A DNA stretch of 64,000 bases from NCBI RefSeq assembly GCF_006345805.1, contig NC_043014.1:16926001-16990000 (forward strand), written 5' to 3'. Positions 1-11,804 of the stretch are shown here, one piece after another (the stretch's first letter is position 1; each line of letters begins with the position of its first letter). Source of the DNA: Octopus sinensis. Its lineage: Eukaryota. A program made the translations under genes and the position numbers. The notes beneath the pieces were generated by a model. That model saw only the letters and a program-made list of their open reading frames with translations, made no database searches and was not told the origin of the DNA.

Positions 1-1535
1 TCCAGGTGTTCTTTGAACCTATCATTGATGCTTCTAGAAGTCTCACCTATGTATGACTCTGGGTTAGTAAGGACCTACTTAGCAGGATCCGCGAATGCAA
101 CAACATGTGTGACCTCAAGAACTACATCGTGGGTAGCATGGATGTGGTATCACTATACCCCTCCATCGATGTAGACTTTGCTGTCGATAAATGTATAGAA
201 ATAGTTAGTGAGAGTGGTATGATATTTAAGAATGTGGATGTATATGAACTAGGGCTCTTCCTGGCCCTGACGTGTACCAATGAATACCTGTCGCGCAATA
301 ACCTTCTATATGCTTGTCCCACCTGTAACAAACGCGGTAGACCACCTACCATTACCTCAGCTTACAGGAAGACTCACTGTGAGCGCTGGCAGGGATGGAC
401 AAAGCCGGACTACCCACCTTCAAGTGCACACGATATTAGAACCACCATCGCACATGCTATCGGTGTCAGCCTGAGATTTACGCTAAAAACACATATTTTT
501 AAATTTGACAACAAACTGTATAAGCAAACGAAAGGCGGTGCTATTGGAGTGGGGATCGCCGGTGACGTTGCTAACCTCTTCATGGTATGGTGGGACAAGC
601 GTTTTAAACAGTGCCTAGCAAACCGTAACATCCACTTGGCTATGTACTCTCGTTACGTCGACGACATTAACCTTGTTGTGAAATATAATACAGACACAGG
701 TATGGGCCCTCTACCAAGTGAAGAACAGGTGATGACATCTATACAACACATAACTGACTCTATCCACAGCAATATAAAACTTACCATAGACTACCCCTCT
801 AAACACCCCAGTAAACGATTACCCGTCCTAGATACTGAGCTATGGATGGAAGATGCTATGGTTAATGGTACCATTAAACCCTGTATACTCCACTCACACT
901 ATCAGAAACCGATGGCTAATCCACTAGTAATCCGTAGTGACTCAGCTATGTCAGATACTGCCAAACTCAACATCCTAGTGGCAGACTTAGTTAGAGTAAT
1001 GAGGAATGTATCACCACTATGCCAACCACAAGAACGACAACAACACATCCAGCACTACATATTCCGAATGCAACACTCCGGATACACACAAGACGATAGA
1101 GTCAGAGTGTACAAAGGAGCGAAAGCTAGATTCGAACGCATTCTAAGGAACGACGAAAACGGTATATGCCCCCTGTACCGCAACAAGTTCTGGAATAGGT
1201 TAGAGAGGGACACCAACAAAAAGATGAGAAACGTTACTTGGTACGATAACAGGAGATTTCACGGAGTGATGTTCGTTGACGCCACACCTAAGAACGAGCT
1301 AAGTAAGGCATTCAAGAAAGTCCTGCGCACTACGGGCCTAAAAGTTAAAGTCGTAGAAAAGACAGGTAGGACTATCAAATCGGCATTATGCAGATCATAT
1401 CCATTTGATAGAATCACCTGTCAAAGTAATTGTGCAGTATGTTCGACAAACCCACATGTAAATGGTAAACCAAGGGCACTGTATACCAGATTAAGTGCCA
1501 GGAGGGAGCTTGCGCGACTAACAAAAATGAAAAGT
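1..1535 (+). mobile_element. Penelope-like retroelement (Neptune-type): RT, Cys-rich linker and start of GIY-YIG endonuclease; degenerate and truncated
   Basis: ORF 105-1577 has PLE RT motifs GSMDVVSLYPSI, YKQTKGGAIG, YSRYVDD, LPVLDTELW and HYQKPMAN, then CQSNCAVC. After a frameshift near 1469 the frame reads TKGTVYQIKCQEGAC (start of GIY-YIG). In-frame TGA at 54-56. Confidence 0.9.
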
Positions 1536-1915
1536 CAAGTCTGTGGGGTTGTTCAACAAGCTATAAACAGCAGTTAAATGTCCTTCAAAGCATATTGCAA
1601 TGATGGTGTTGATGATGATGTTCATCATATCAATGTCACCACCACCATCGCCCCTCCTCCTACCTCTGCCACCACCACCTCCACAAACATAAATCTTTGA
1701 TAATGTGATGAATTAAAAGCCTATATTAACAGATGTGGTGCTGGAAGTTTCCAGAGACTGGTCTCCATGAAGACAGAATGGTAAACCAAATTGATGGAGA
1801 GGGTGGTGGGAGATGTGGAAGGTGAGGGGAGGGAGTGAAATGGCTTTTAACTGAGAATGTTTTAGGGAGGCTGGAATAAAGTGCTTTAAAGAGTGGATAT
1901 ATTATATATATATAT

Positions 1916-2593
1916 GTGAAAATCTTTATATAGATAGCCTGCACAGAGAGTCGTTCGTCGAGGGGCGGTGGCTGCCATACGTTGACAATAGGCAAACACC
2001 TTGAAACCTGGGTCCGTATGTGGCATCCGCTTCTTCGGGGAATGATCTCCCTTTGCAGGCTAGAGGACGCCGTGATGGCGTCAGCCCTTCTGGTGACGTT
2101 GATGATCGCCTGGGGCTAAATGCATCAGTAACACCCCCACCGCCCTGCCCTGTCCCTACCCACATTCGGATGGCTAACGTCCCTTATGTTATGGAGCAGT
2201 TACTGTCTATACCTCGTTTAGAGAATTATTATTGCTGTCGAACAGATTTTCTACATCAGTAAATGTATTTACTGTGAAAATCTTTATATAGATAGCCTGC
2301 ACAGAGAGTCGTTCGTCGAGGGGCAGTGCCTGCCATACGTTGACAATAGGCAAACACCTTGAAACCTGGGTCCGTATGTGGCATCCGCTTCTTCGGGGAA
2401 TGATCTCCCTTTGCAGGCTAGAGGACGCCGTGATGGCGTCAGCCCTTCTGGTGACGTTGATGATCGCCTGGGGCTAAATGCATCAGTAACACCCCCACCG
2501 CCCTGCCCTGTCCCTAGCCACATTCGGATGGCTAACGTCCCTTATGTTATGGAGCAGTTACTGTCTATACCTCGTTTAGAGAATTATTATTGC
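1916..2593. repeat. Tandem duplication, 358-bp period (~1.9 copies, near identical), flanked by (TA)n
   Basis: 1916-2236 recurs at 2274-2593 with about 3 substitutions. Duplicated ORFs at 2020 and 2378 confirm the period. Confidence 0.95.
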
Positions 2594-2605
2594 TATATAT
2601 ATATG

Positions 2606-2636
<31 letters not shown>

Positions 2637-2705
2637 GTATATATTATATATATATATGTATATATATATATATTGTATATATATATATATAATATATATA
2701 TATAT

Positions 2706-2770
<65 letters not shown>

Positions 2771-2775
2771 CATAT
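2594..2775. repeat. (TA)n microsatellite
   Basis: Direct inspection. Similar tracts at 22034-22090, 26540-26670, 27645-28160, 31580-31620, 32140-32290 and 56630-56700. Confidence 0.95.
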
Positions 2776-2779
2776 ACAA

Positions 2780-3170
2780 GGCACAGGCGTGGCTGTGTGG
2801 TAAGAAGTTTGCTTCCCAACCACATGGTTCCGGGTTCAGTCCCACTGCGTGGCACCTTGGGCAAGTGTCTTCTACTATAGCCTCGGCCTGCCCAAAGCCT
2901 TGTGAGTGGATTTGGTAGATGGAAACTGAAAGAAGCCCGTCGTATATATATATGTATGTGTGTGTGTCTTTGTTTGTCCCCCACCACCGCTTGACAACCG
3001 GCGATAGCTTGTTACGTCCCCGTAACTTAGCGGTTCGGCAATAGAGACCGATAGAATAAGTACCAGGCTTTAAAAAATAAGTACTGGGGTCGATTTGTTC
3101 AACTAAAAATTCATCAAGGCGGTGCCCCAGCATCGCCGCTGTCTTATGACTGAAACAAGTAAAAGAAAAA
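2780..3170 (+). mobile_element. tRNA-derived SINE, high-copy family
   Basis: Head ggcgtggctgtgtggtaag...gggttcagtccc with A/B-box-like motifs, internal (TG)n and A-rich tail. Related copies near 9350-9690, 20990-21150(-), 46006-46410, 50473-50800, 52200-52340(-), 53480-53830, 59560-60600 and 60730-60870(-). Confidence 0.8.
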
Positions 3171-3218
3171 AAAATTTATATATATACATATATATATTTA
3201 TATATATATACATACATA

Positions 3219-3570
3219 CATCATCATCATCGTTTAACGTCTGCTTTCCATGCTAGCATGGGTTGGACGATTTGACTGAGGACTGGCGAACCAGATGGCT
3301 GCACCAGGCCCCAATCTTAATCTGGCAGAGTTTCTACAGCTGGATGCCCTTCCTAACGCCAACCACTCTGATAGTATAGTGGGTGCTTTTTATGTGCCAC
3401 CGGTACGGGGGCCAGTCAGGCGGTACTGGCAATGACCTCGCTCAAATCATTTTACATATGCCACCAGCACAGGTGCCAGTAAGGCGGTGTTGGTAACGAT
3501 CACACTCGAATAGTGCCCTTTTACGTGCCACCGACACGGAAGCCAGTTAGTCACTCTGGCAACGATCACA
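3219..3570 (-). mobile_element. RTE LINE 3'UTR fragment with (TGA)n tail
   Basis: Reverse complement of the RTE 3' terminus seen at 5700-5880 (ggatgcccttcctaacgccaaccac, (cat)n). Confidence 0.8.
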
Positions 3571-3938
3571 CTATATGTGTGTGTGTTTGTGTAAAGTAGG
3601 AGTGTATATATGTATGTATGTGTGTGTATACCCAACAAAATATCTGAAACTGTATCCTTGAGGAAAAAAAAAAACAGATTTGATTTTCAAAATGTGCATC
3701 CCAAAGTGGTTTTCAGTAAATAATAATCAGAAAATATAATTTGACGCAGGAAATAGCTCAACTTTTTAGATCGCTAAATCTCCTTCTTACCACAAGAGTG
3801 CTATCCCTCTTGACCTGACTCATATTCCCATGGCTTCATCCAAAAGGAGCACATATCCTTTTTTTCCCCACCTCCATATATATATATATATATACTTACA
3901 TACAAGACCAAAAAGGGTACGGGTGCCGCTATATATAT

Positions 3939-4195
3939 ATGTATATGTAAAAAAATACAAACCGGGACAAGAACGCAAAACATTTAGAGGACGACACAAA
4001 AAAACACAGACGGGACATTCGAAGCCTTGAGGCTGGCCAGGTTGAAGCAATCTCAAGATTAATCAGCCGAAATTGCGAGGATGATCTGGTTCTTGACTGA
4101 AGATTGAAGGCTTCGAATGTCCCGTCCGTGCCCCTTGCATCGTCCTCCAAATGTTTTGCGTTCCTGTCCCAGCTCGTATCCCTTTACATATACAT
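3939..4195. repeat. ~90-bp inverted repeat with a 78-bp spacer next to (TA)n; likely PLE-derived foldback element
   Basis: Arms 3939-4028 and 4107-4195 align in reverse complement with 15 transitions and 1 indel. The PLE origin is inferred. Confidence 0.85.
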
Positions 4196-5881
4196 GCCCC
4201 TGGGCGCTCCTCTATGCTGATGACCTTGCTCTAATTGCTGAGTCATTATCAGAACTGGAGAAGAAGTTTCAGGTGTGGAAGCATGGTTTAGAATCGAAGG
4301 GCCTTAGAGTCAACCTAGCTAAAACCAAAGTCGTAATAAGTAGGAAGGTAGACAAATCACAAACGCCTTCAGGTAGATGGTCCTGCTCGATCTGTAGAAA
4401 AGGTGTAGGTAGAAACTCTATAAGATGCACCAAGTGTAAGCTATGGACACATAAGAGGTGCAGCAATGTCATAGGAAGGCTAACTAGGAAGATGGTTTTT
4501 GTATGTGGCAGATGCTCGGGAGCATTAACCTCTGAAAATCTGCAGAAAACAACTTCCGTCACTTTCCAGGGGGAAAAACTAGAAGTAGTTGATAGCTTCC
4601 GTTATCTTGGTGACCAGTCAGTAGTGGGGGTGGTGTGCTGAAAGTGTAACGGCTAGAGTAAGAATAGCCTGGGCAAAGTTTAGGGAGCTCTTACCTCTGT
4701 TGGTGACTAAAGGCCTCTCGCTCAGAGTAAAAGGCAGACTGTATGATGCGTGTGTACGAACAGCCATGCTACATGGCAGTGAAACATGGGCCGTGACTGC
4801 TGAGGACATGCGTAAGCTCGCGAGAAATGAAGCTAGTATGCTCCGTTGGATGTGTAATGTCAGTGTTCATAGTCGACAGAGTGTAAGTACCTTGAGAGAA
4901 AAGTTGGACCTAAGAGGCATCAGATGTTGTGTGCAAGAGAGACGATTGCGCTGGTATGGTCATGTGGCTAGAATGGATGAAGATAGGTGTGTGAAAAAGT
5001 GCCACACCCTGGCAGTTGAGGGGATCTGTGGAAGAGGTAGACCCAGGAAAACCTGGGTCGAGGTGGTGAAGCACAACCTTCGAACTCTAGGTCTCACCAA
5101 GGAAATGACCAGAGACCGAGACCTATGGAAGTATGCTGTGTGCGAGAAGACCCGGCAAGACCAGTGAGAACAATCAAAATCAAATCATATATCAGAAAGC
5201 AGGGGTTAAGTGACCCATCCGTTCGTGTCCGCTGTCAGCCTCGTCTGGCACCCGTGCCGGTGATACGTAAAAGCACCATTCGCTCGTGGCCGTTTGCCAG
5301 GTCTGCCTGGCCCCCGTGTCGGTGGCACGTAAAAGCACCATCCGTTCGTGTTCGTTGCCAGCCTCGCCTGGCCCCCGTGCCGGTGACACGTAAAAGCACC
5401 GTCCGTTCGTGGCCGTTTGCCAGCTCTGTCTGGCCCCGTGTCGGTGGCACGTAAAAGCACCATCCGTTCGTGTTCATTGACAGCCTCGGCTGGCCCCCGT
5501 GCCGGTGACACGTAAAAGCACCGTCCGTTCGTGGCCGTTTGCCAGCTCTGTCTGGCCCCGTGTCGGTTTGCACGTAAAAGCACCATCCGTTCGTGTCCGT
5601 TGCCAACATCGCCTGGCCCCGTACCGGTGACACGTAAAAGCACCATCCGTTCATGGCCGTTCGCCAGCTCTGTCTGGCACCTGTACAGATGGCACGTAAA
5701 AACCACCCACTACACTCGCGGAGTGGTTGGCGTTAGGAAGGGCATCCAGCCGTAGAAACACTGCCAGATCTGACTGGGCCTGACGAAGCCTTCCAGCTTC
5801 ACAGACCCCAGTTGACCCGTCCAACCCATGTTAGCATGGAAAGCGGACGCTAAATGATGATGATGATGATGATGATGATGA
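4193..5881 (+). mobile_element. 5'-truncated RTE-clade LINE (RT C-terminal half, PHD-like finger, 3'UTR VNTR, (TGA)n tail)
   Basis: LLYADD, CSICRKGVGRNSIRCTKCKLWTHKRC, DSFRYLG and RLRWYGHV..GRGRPRKTW; frameshift near 4620; ~60-bp tandem units at 5215-5700; (TGA)n at 5855-5881. Confidence 0.93.
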
Positions 5882-5900
5882 TATATATATATATATATAT

Positions 5901-7903
5901 CATCATCATCATCATCATCGTTTAACGTCCGTTTTCCGCGCTAGCACGGGTTGGACGGTTCGACCGGGGTCTGGGAAGCCAGGGGCCGCTCCAGGCTCCA
6001 GTCTGATCTGGCAGAGTTTCTACGGCTGGATGCCCTTCCTAACGCCAACCACTCCGTGAGTGGAGTGGGTGCTTTTTACGTGCCACCTGCACAGGGGCCG
6101 GGGGGTCCGGCATCGGTCACGATCGGTTCGAGCTTTTAACGTGCCAGCGGCACGGGGGCAACGGGATCCGGGGTACTTTGGGGATCCGGGGTACTTTGAA
6201 TGGGTAGGGGGTATGTGGAATTGCTGCAGAAAGCAACCCGGGTCTTTGCAGTCACAGCATATCTCCAGAGATCTCGGTCCTTCGCCATTGCCTCAGTGAG
6301 GCCCAATGCTCTGAGGTCATGCTTGACTACCTCATCCCATGTCTTCCTGGGTCTACCTCTCCCCCTGATACCTTCAACTGTTTGGGAGTGGCACTTCTTC
6401 ACACACCTCTCTTCATCCATCCGCAGCACATGACCATACCATCGCAAGCGTCGCTCTTGCACACCACATCTGATGCTTCTTATATCCAGCATTTCTCTCA
6501 GGATGCTTACACTCTGTCTTGCGTGCACACTGACACTACACATCCAGCGGACCATGCTAGCTTCATTTCTTTCAGGTCTACGCATGTCCTCTGCAGTCAC
6601 AGCCCATGTTTCATTACCGTGAAGCATGGCAGTTCGCACACATGCATCATACAATCTACCTTTCACTCTGAGGGAGAGACCTTTTGTTGCCAGTAGGGGT
6701 AGGAGCTTTCTGAACTTTGCCCAGGCTATTCGTATTCTAGTGGTGATACTCTCTGTGCATCCACCTCCACTACTAACTTGGTCACCCAGGTAGCGGAAAC
6801 TATCAACTACTTCTAGTTTCTCTCCCTGAAGTGTGATGGAATCTGTTTTCTGAGTGTCTGTTGTGTCTATTGTCCCTGTGCATCTGCCGCACATGAAAGC
6901 TATCTTATCTGTTAATGTTGCTGCACCTCTTATGTGTCCATAGCTTACATTGGGTGCATCTTATGGAGTTTCTACCTGTACCTTTCCTACAGATTGAGCA
7001 GGGCCACCTACCCGAGAGGGTATGTGCTGAGTACCTCTTGCTGCTTACTAATACTTTGGTCTTTGCTACATTTATTCTAAGGCCCTTTGATTCTAACCCT
7101 TGCTTCCACACCCGAAATTTCTTTTCTAGTTCCGGTTGTGATTCTGCTATGAGAGCTAGGTCATCGGCATAGAGGAGCTCCCAGGGGCATCCTGTTTTGA
7201 ATTCCTCTGTTATTGCCTGAAGGACAATGATGAATAAAAGGGGACTGAGGGCTGAGCCCTGGTGCACACCTACTTCTACCCGGAATTCTTCACTATATTC
7301 GTTGCCAATCCTAACCTTGCTGACAGCCTCTCTGTATAGAGCCTGTACAGCCCTTATTAGCCATTCATCAATCTCCAGTTTCCGCATCGACCACCAGATA
7401 AGGGAACGGGGAACCCTGTCAAAGGCTTTCTCCAAGTCTACAAAAGCTATGTAGAGGGGTTTATCTTTAGTTAGGTACTTCTCCTGCAGTTGTCGGACCA
7501 GGAATATAGCATCAGAGGTGCTTCTACCTGGTACAAAACCGAACTGCATTTCATCTAAACAAATTCTCTCCCTAATGAGATGGGTTATGACCTTCTCTGA
7601 GACCTTCATCACCTGGTCCAACAGTTTGATACCTCTGTAGTTATTTCTATCTAGAGCATCACCCTTACCCTTGTAGCAGTTGACTAAGGTGCTGCTGCAC
7701 CAGTCATTGTGTATGACTCCATTGTGAACTACCTGGTTTACAATGCGGGTGACTATGTCATAGCCCACATAGCCAGCTGTTTTAAGCATCTCAGCAGTGA
7801 TTCCTGATAGGCCGGGGGCTTTACCTGGTTTCATATCCTTAATTGCCTTATCTACAAGGGAGCTGTCTATTCGGGTAGCTGGTCCCTCTACTGGGTCAAT
7901 GCC
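5901..7903 (-). mobile_element. 5'-truncated RTE-clade LINE with full RT domain
   Basis: ORFs 7834-6905 (KAPG, NYRGIKLL, FVDLEKAFD, GVHQGS, LLYADD) and 6894-6136; (cat)n tail at 5901-5918. Confidence 0.95.
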
Positions 7904-8835
7904 CTGAAGCTACCAGTTGAAATTTATAGTTGTATATTCCAATTTATAGTTCGAGGTGTTCATACATCTTGAATTCACTGCTCATGGATCAGTTTACACA
8001 TCTGGTTAGACACAGATTATGACATTTAACAAATGAGCACACCCACCCTCCTCACAGCTAGAATCAACTATGTTCAACCAGGTACATTTACATACATATG
8101 AACACACAAGTCAAGATATTAGCTGATGCTACAGGTACATGTATGGAAATGCCCACAAATTTGAACAATATCTTTTAAACTCATCATCATCATTATTATT
8201 GTTGTTTAACATCCGTTTTCCATGCTGGTATGGGTTGGACAGTTTGACAGAAGATGGCCAGCCAGGAAGGGGCCCAGACTGTCTGTTGTGGCATGGTGTC
8301 TATGGTTGGGTGCCCTTTTCTAATGCCAAAATATACTTTAATTTATGGCTTATAATTTCCTTGCATGTATCATACACACACACACACACACATTTGGCTT
8401 TGTTTACATACTTTCAAGTTTATTATGATTATAATTATTACTGCCATTGTGATTATGAACAACAAAATCCAAATATATATTCAAGGTTTAAGACGGAAAA
8501 ACAAAGTCTGTCCCTCTCCCCACCCACCACACCGATGTGCAATTTTCCCCCAACCCCACCCACCACCAAGTGCCATCCATTTTGTGTAGCGCTAGATTAC
8601 ACAGTTGTATATAAAAATGGAGACCACCCTCCCCCTGTGGGATGAAGTTAAAATAATAGACAGAGAACACCACTGGAAAATACGAAAACTAAAAGAAGCA
8701 GCTTAAATGCTAGGACACAACAACCTCCTAAGCAAACCAAGTGCAGATATGAGCAACATATGGGAACCGGTATTAAGGAAGAATAGAAAAATATTAGGTT
8801 TATAAGCCCTAAAATTCACTCCATAATTGCCCACA

Positions 8836-8907
8836 GGCATATGGCGTAGTGGGAAAGAGCACAGGCTACTAACCCCAAGATTCCCAGTTCGATTCCAGGC
8901 AGTGACC
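8836..8907 (+). promoter_or_regulatory. tRNA-derived segment with Pol III A and B boxes inside the PLE 3' region
   Basis: A box TGGCGTAGTGG at 8842-8852 and B box GTTCGATTCC at 8887-8896. No intact acceptor stem, so not called a tRNA gene. Confidence 0.7.
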
Positions 8908-8975
8908 TGAATAGTAATGATAATAACATTGAAAAATACCTTAGGAATGAGAACCAAGGTTCGAAATTTCCCCAA

Positions 8976-9021
8976 GACACCTGATGAATGCTGGAGGGTA
9001 TATCAGCCGAAACGTTGTGTT
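8976..9021 (+). ncRNA. Minimal type I hammerhead ribozyme (PLE-type)
   Basis: gacac-CTGATGA-(gctg/cagc stem II)-GAAA-cGTT-gtgtt, with palindromic minimal stem III aacgtt. The stem II closing pair is mismatched in this copy. Confidence 0.8.
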
Positions 9022-11804
9022 AACAACAAACAAGATGAGGACAAATATCCGTCAATAATGCACTAGATTACAGTTTCAGTATCAGGCAACATCACAAAGT
9101 AATTTAGCTTCATCATCGCTTCAGAATTAATTTTTAAATTTTCCTGTTAATAGGACAACGATGAAGTTAAATGACTAAACTTTAAACAGCAACTGCAGTA
9201 AATTAGGGGATGCCCATTACCATAACATTCATTGATGATATGATCCCTTAAAAATATTAACTCCAATTATTATTATTGCTGCTGCTGCACAAATTAATTT
9301 ATTATTTTAAATGTATCTTAATTTGTATAAAGAGAAAGCAAAAAATATAGATATGTGGTTCCAGGTTCAGTCCCACTGCTGGCATCTCAGGCAAGTGTCT
9401 TCTACTATAGCCTCAAGCCAACTAAAGTCTGTGAGTGGATTTGGTAGACAGAAACTGAAACAAGCCTCTGTGTGTGTGTGTGAGGGGGTCTGTGTGTGTG
9501 TGACCACCACTTAACTAGTGTCAGTGTATTTATGTCCCCATAAATTAGCAGTTTCACAAAACAGACCAACAGAACAAGTATCAGAAATGGAAAGAGAAAT
9601 AAGTCCTGGGTTGGAGTCCGACTAAAAGTTCTTCAAAGCAGTAATCCAGCATGGCTGCAGTCCAATGACTGAAGCAAGCAAAGGATAAAATATCAATCTG
9701 GATCTCTCCCCCCCTCTCTCTCTCACACACTCACACACACGATGCATATGGCTGTTGTGATTTAGCAAATAGAAAGAAAGAGGTGAAAGGAGTTAAGAAA
9801 TTTAAAACTCGGTCAGTTGTTTTGTGTGACAGAGAGTATACTTGCACAAAAAAAGACATGAAGACACTGTTGCTCAGGGGAAGTTGCCTGTAGCAACGGT
9901 GTAACTTGTTTTTTATATATTTGTTAACAATCTTAACTTTAAAAAAATGTAACAATGAAAAAAAGCAGCACATAGACATAAATGATTTGTGGGGAGAACT
10001 ACATGTAAGTAGTTTGGTGCCTTACAATTCTGAAATTAACTTGATGGAATGTGAAACAATAGGTAATGTGAAAAAATTTAAAAATTCTAAATTTTCTCCA
10101 CATAAAAGCAAAACAACATTGATTAAAGTTAGAAGCAGCCAGGGTTGCAGAATAAAAAATTTGCAGTCGGAAAAGCAAAAATGTTATGCTTGACAGTTTC
10201 ATGCAATGCAAGTTAGAATAACGGGGAAAAAAAGGACTCAAAAAGATTTTAAAATCCAACATTTGATTGATCAGTTAATCCTTTTTCCTTAAACTACACA
10301 GTATCTGCCTAAAATAATTTCCTTTACAAAAAGACTGGATTATTGAGAATGTTGGAATGTCTTGAACGAAGAAATTAAGTTGTTTAATTTTTAGCTTAGC
10401 TAAAAACTCATTCTTTTAAACATTCTTTTTCTTATCATAGCTGTTGCTTAAAAGAAACAAATTTATTATTGTTGTTGTTCCAAATGCTATAAATTTTCAG
10501 GTAGAGATCCTGGTATGGAAAATAAAAAATCCTGTTAAAAAATTATTTCTCTAGACAAAGTTTATTTCGAATACAGAGTAGGCAGTTATCTCCCCTACAC
10601 TTTAAGGCTGTAAAAACGAATCTCTTACGAGAAAGCCACCTTCAAACAAAAGGAAAATGTTAAGATTTTTGTGATTTTATGATTTAGAAAGAATAAAAGA
10701 AAACCCACAAAGTGTTTCTATGCTCCTAAGTAAAAAATGAAGTTATTAGTTATGAGATCCTCGGTGAAATTTTAAATAGAAACTAATTTCAAATGTTTAG
10801 AGGTAATACAATATTTGTTTTTTACCAACAAAAATACGTTTCAAAATCTTTTGTTGCTTCTAGAATTTTTTGCCTTTTTTGGAAAGATTAATATCTGCAA
10901 ATATTTGAAATAACAATACATTAACTTATAATGAAATCAGGAAAACAAACAACAAAATATGGAGAAGACTATAGAATAATAATAATAATAAATCTAAATA
11001 AAATGCAGTTTTAATATATTAATTACAAACATGCAAGTATCAGCTGAAAATAAACAATGTTAATTAAATATACATATATTTAGGGGACTAAGGGTCAAGA
11101 TCCTTAAACAGATATCTTTACATAAATCAATGTAGCAAATGTCCCCCCTCCCCATTGTAGGATGTACCCTTATAGTTTGTATGACTATTTGTCCCCCACC
11201 TACCCACCAGCAGTATAGGGCTTGTCCACACACTCTGTAAGATTTATACTTCACAGTAATATAAGTATGAATATATTTGTGTACACATGTTTATAGTAAA
11301 TCATGTTGATGTAGGTAGAGTTTCTTGTGGCCACCACTAGTGATGGTTGACCAAGGCTAGTTCAAATGACACAAAATCTGTGGATTTAAAAAAAAATCTA
11401 TTTCAGTGTTGAGAAATAATAAAATCTGGACAGGGAAGCCATGTTTGATGAAAAAATAGTGAAGAACATGTAGGCATTCAGGGAAAACAGCAGTCTACAT
11501 GTGTGCTGATAATGAATACATAGTTAGGTGTGTGTGTGTGTGTGAGTACATGTGTGACTGTCTATTTGTGTAGATGTATGTCAACTGGTATGAGTGTATA
11601 TACACATGCACCATCATCATCATCTTTCTTTAACGTCCAATTTCCATGCTGGCATGGGTTGGACGGTTTGACAGGAGGTGGCAAGGCCGGAAAGCTACAC
11701 CAGTCTCCATTTGTCTGCTTTGGCATGGTTTACATGGCTGGATACCCTTCCTATCGCCAAACACCTTACAGAATGTACTGGGTGCTTTCTATGTGGCACC
11801 TGCA

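Larger units (their letters stand above)
8607..9062 (+). mobile_element. Penelope-like element 3' end (GIY-YIG C-terminus plus pLTR)
   Basis: Reads LWDEVKIIDREHHWKIRKLKEAA*MLG...IWEPVL, followed by a tRNA-like segment and an HHR. Flanked by the near-duplicated sequence ctagattaca(ca)gtt at 8592-8606 and 9063-9075. Confidence 0.8.

Noticed and set aside
54-56. In-frame TGA in the PLE ORF as possible selenocysteine (as in Naiad PLEs)
   Set aside because: The element has a C-terminal GIY-YIG and a frameshift, and no SECIS is visible; ordinary decay is the simpler explanation.
2126-2180. Twister-like motif (taacac...gtccct)
   Set aside because: It lacks the downstream GAGGG pseudoknot partner.
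4060-4120. Permuted hammerhead in the hairpin spacer (GAAA...CTGAAGA)
   Set aside because: I could not build convincing stems I-III.
8836-8907. Functional tRNA gene
   Set aside because: The acceptor and anticodon stems do not pair, and it is embedded in a transposon.
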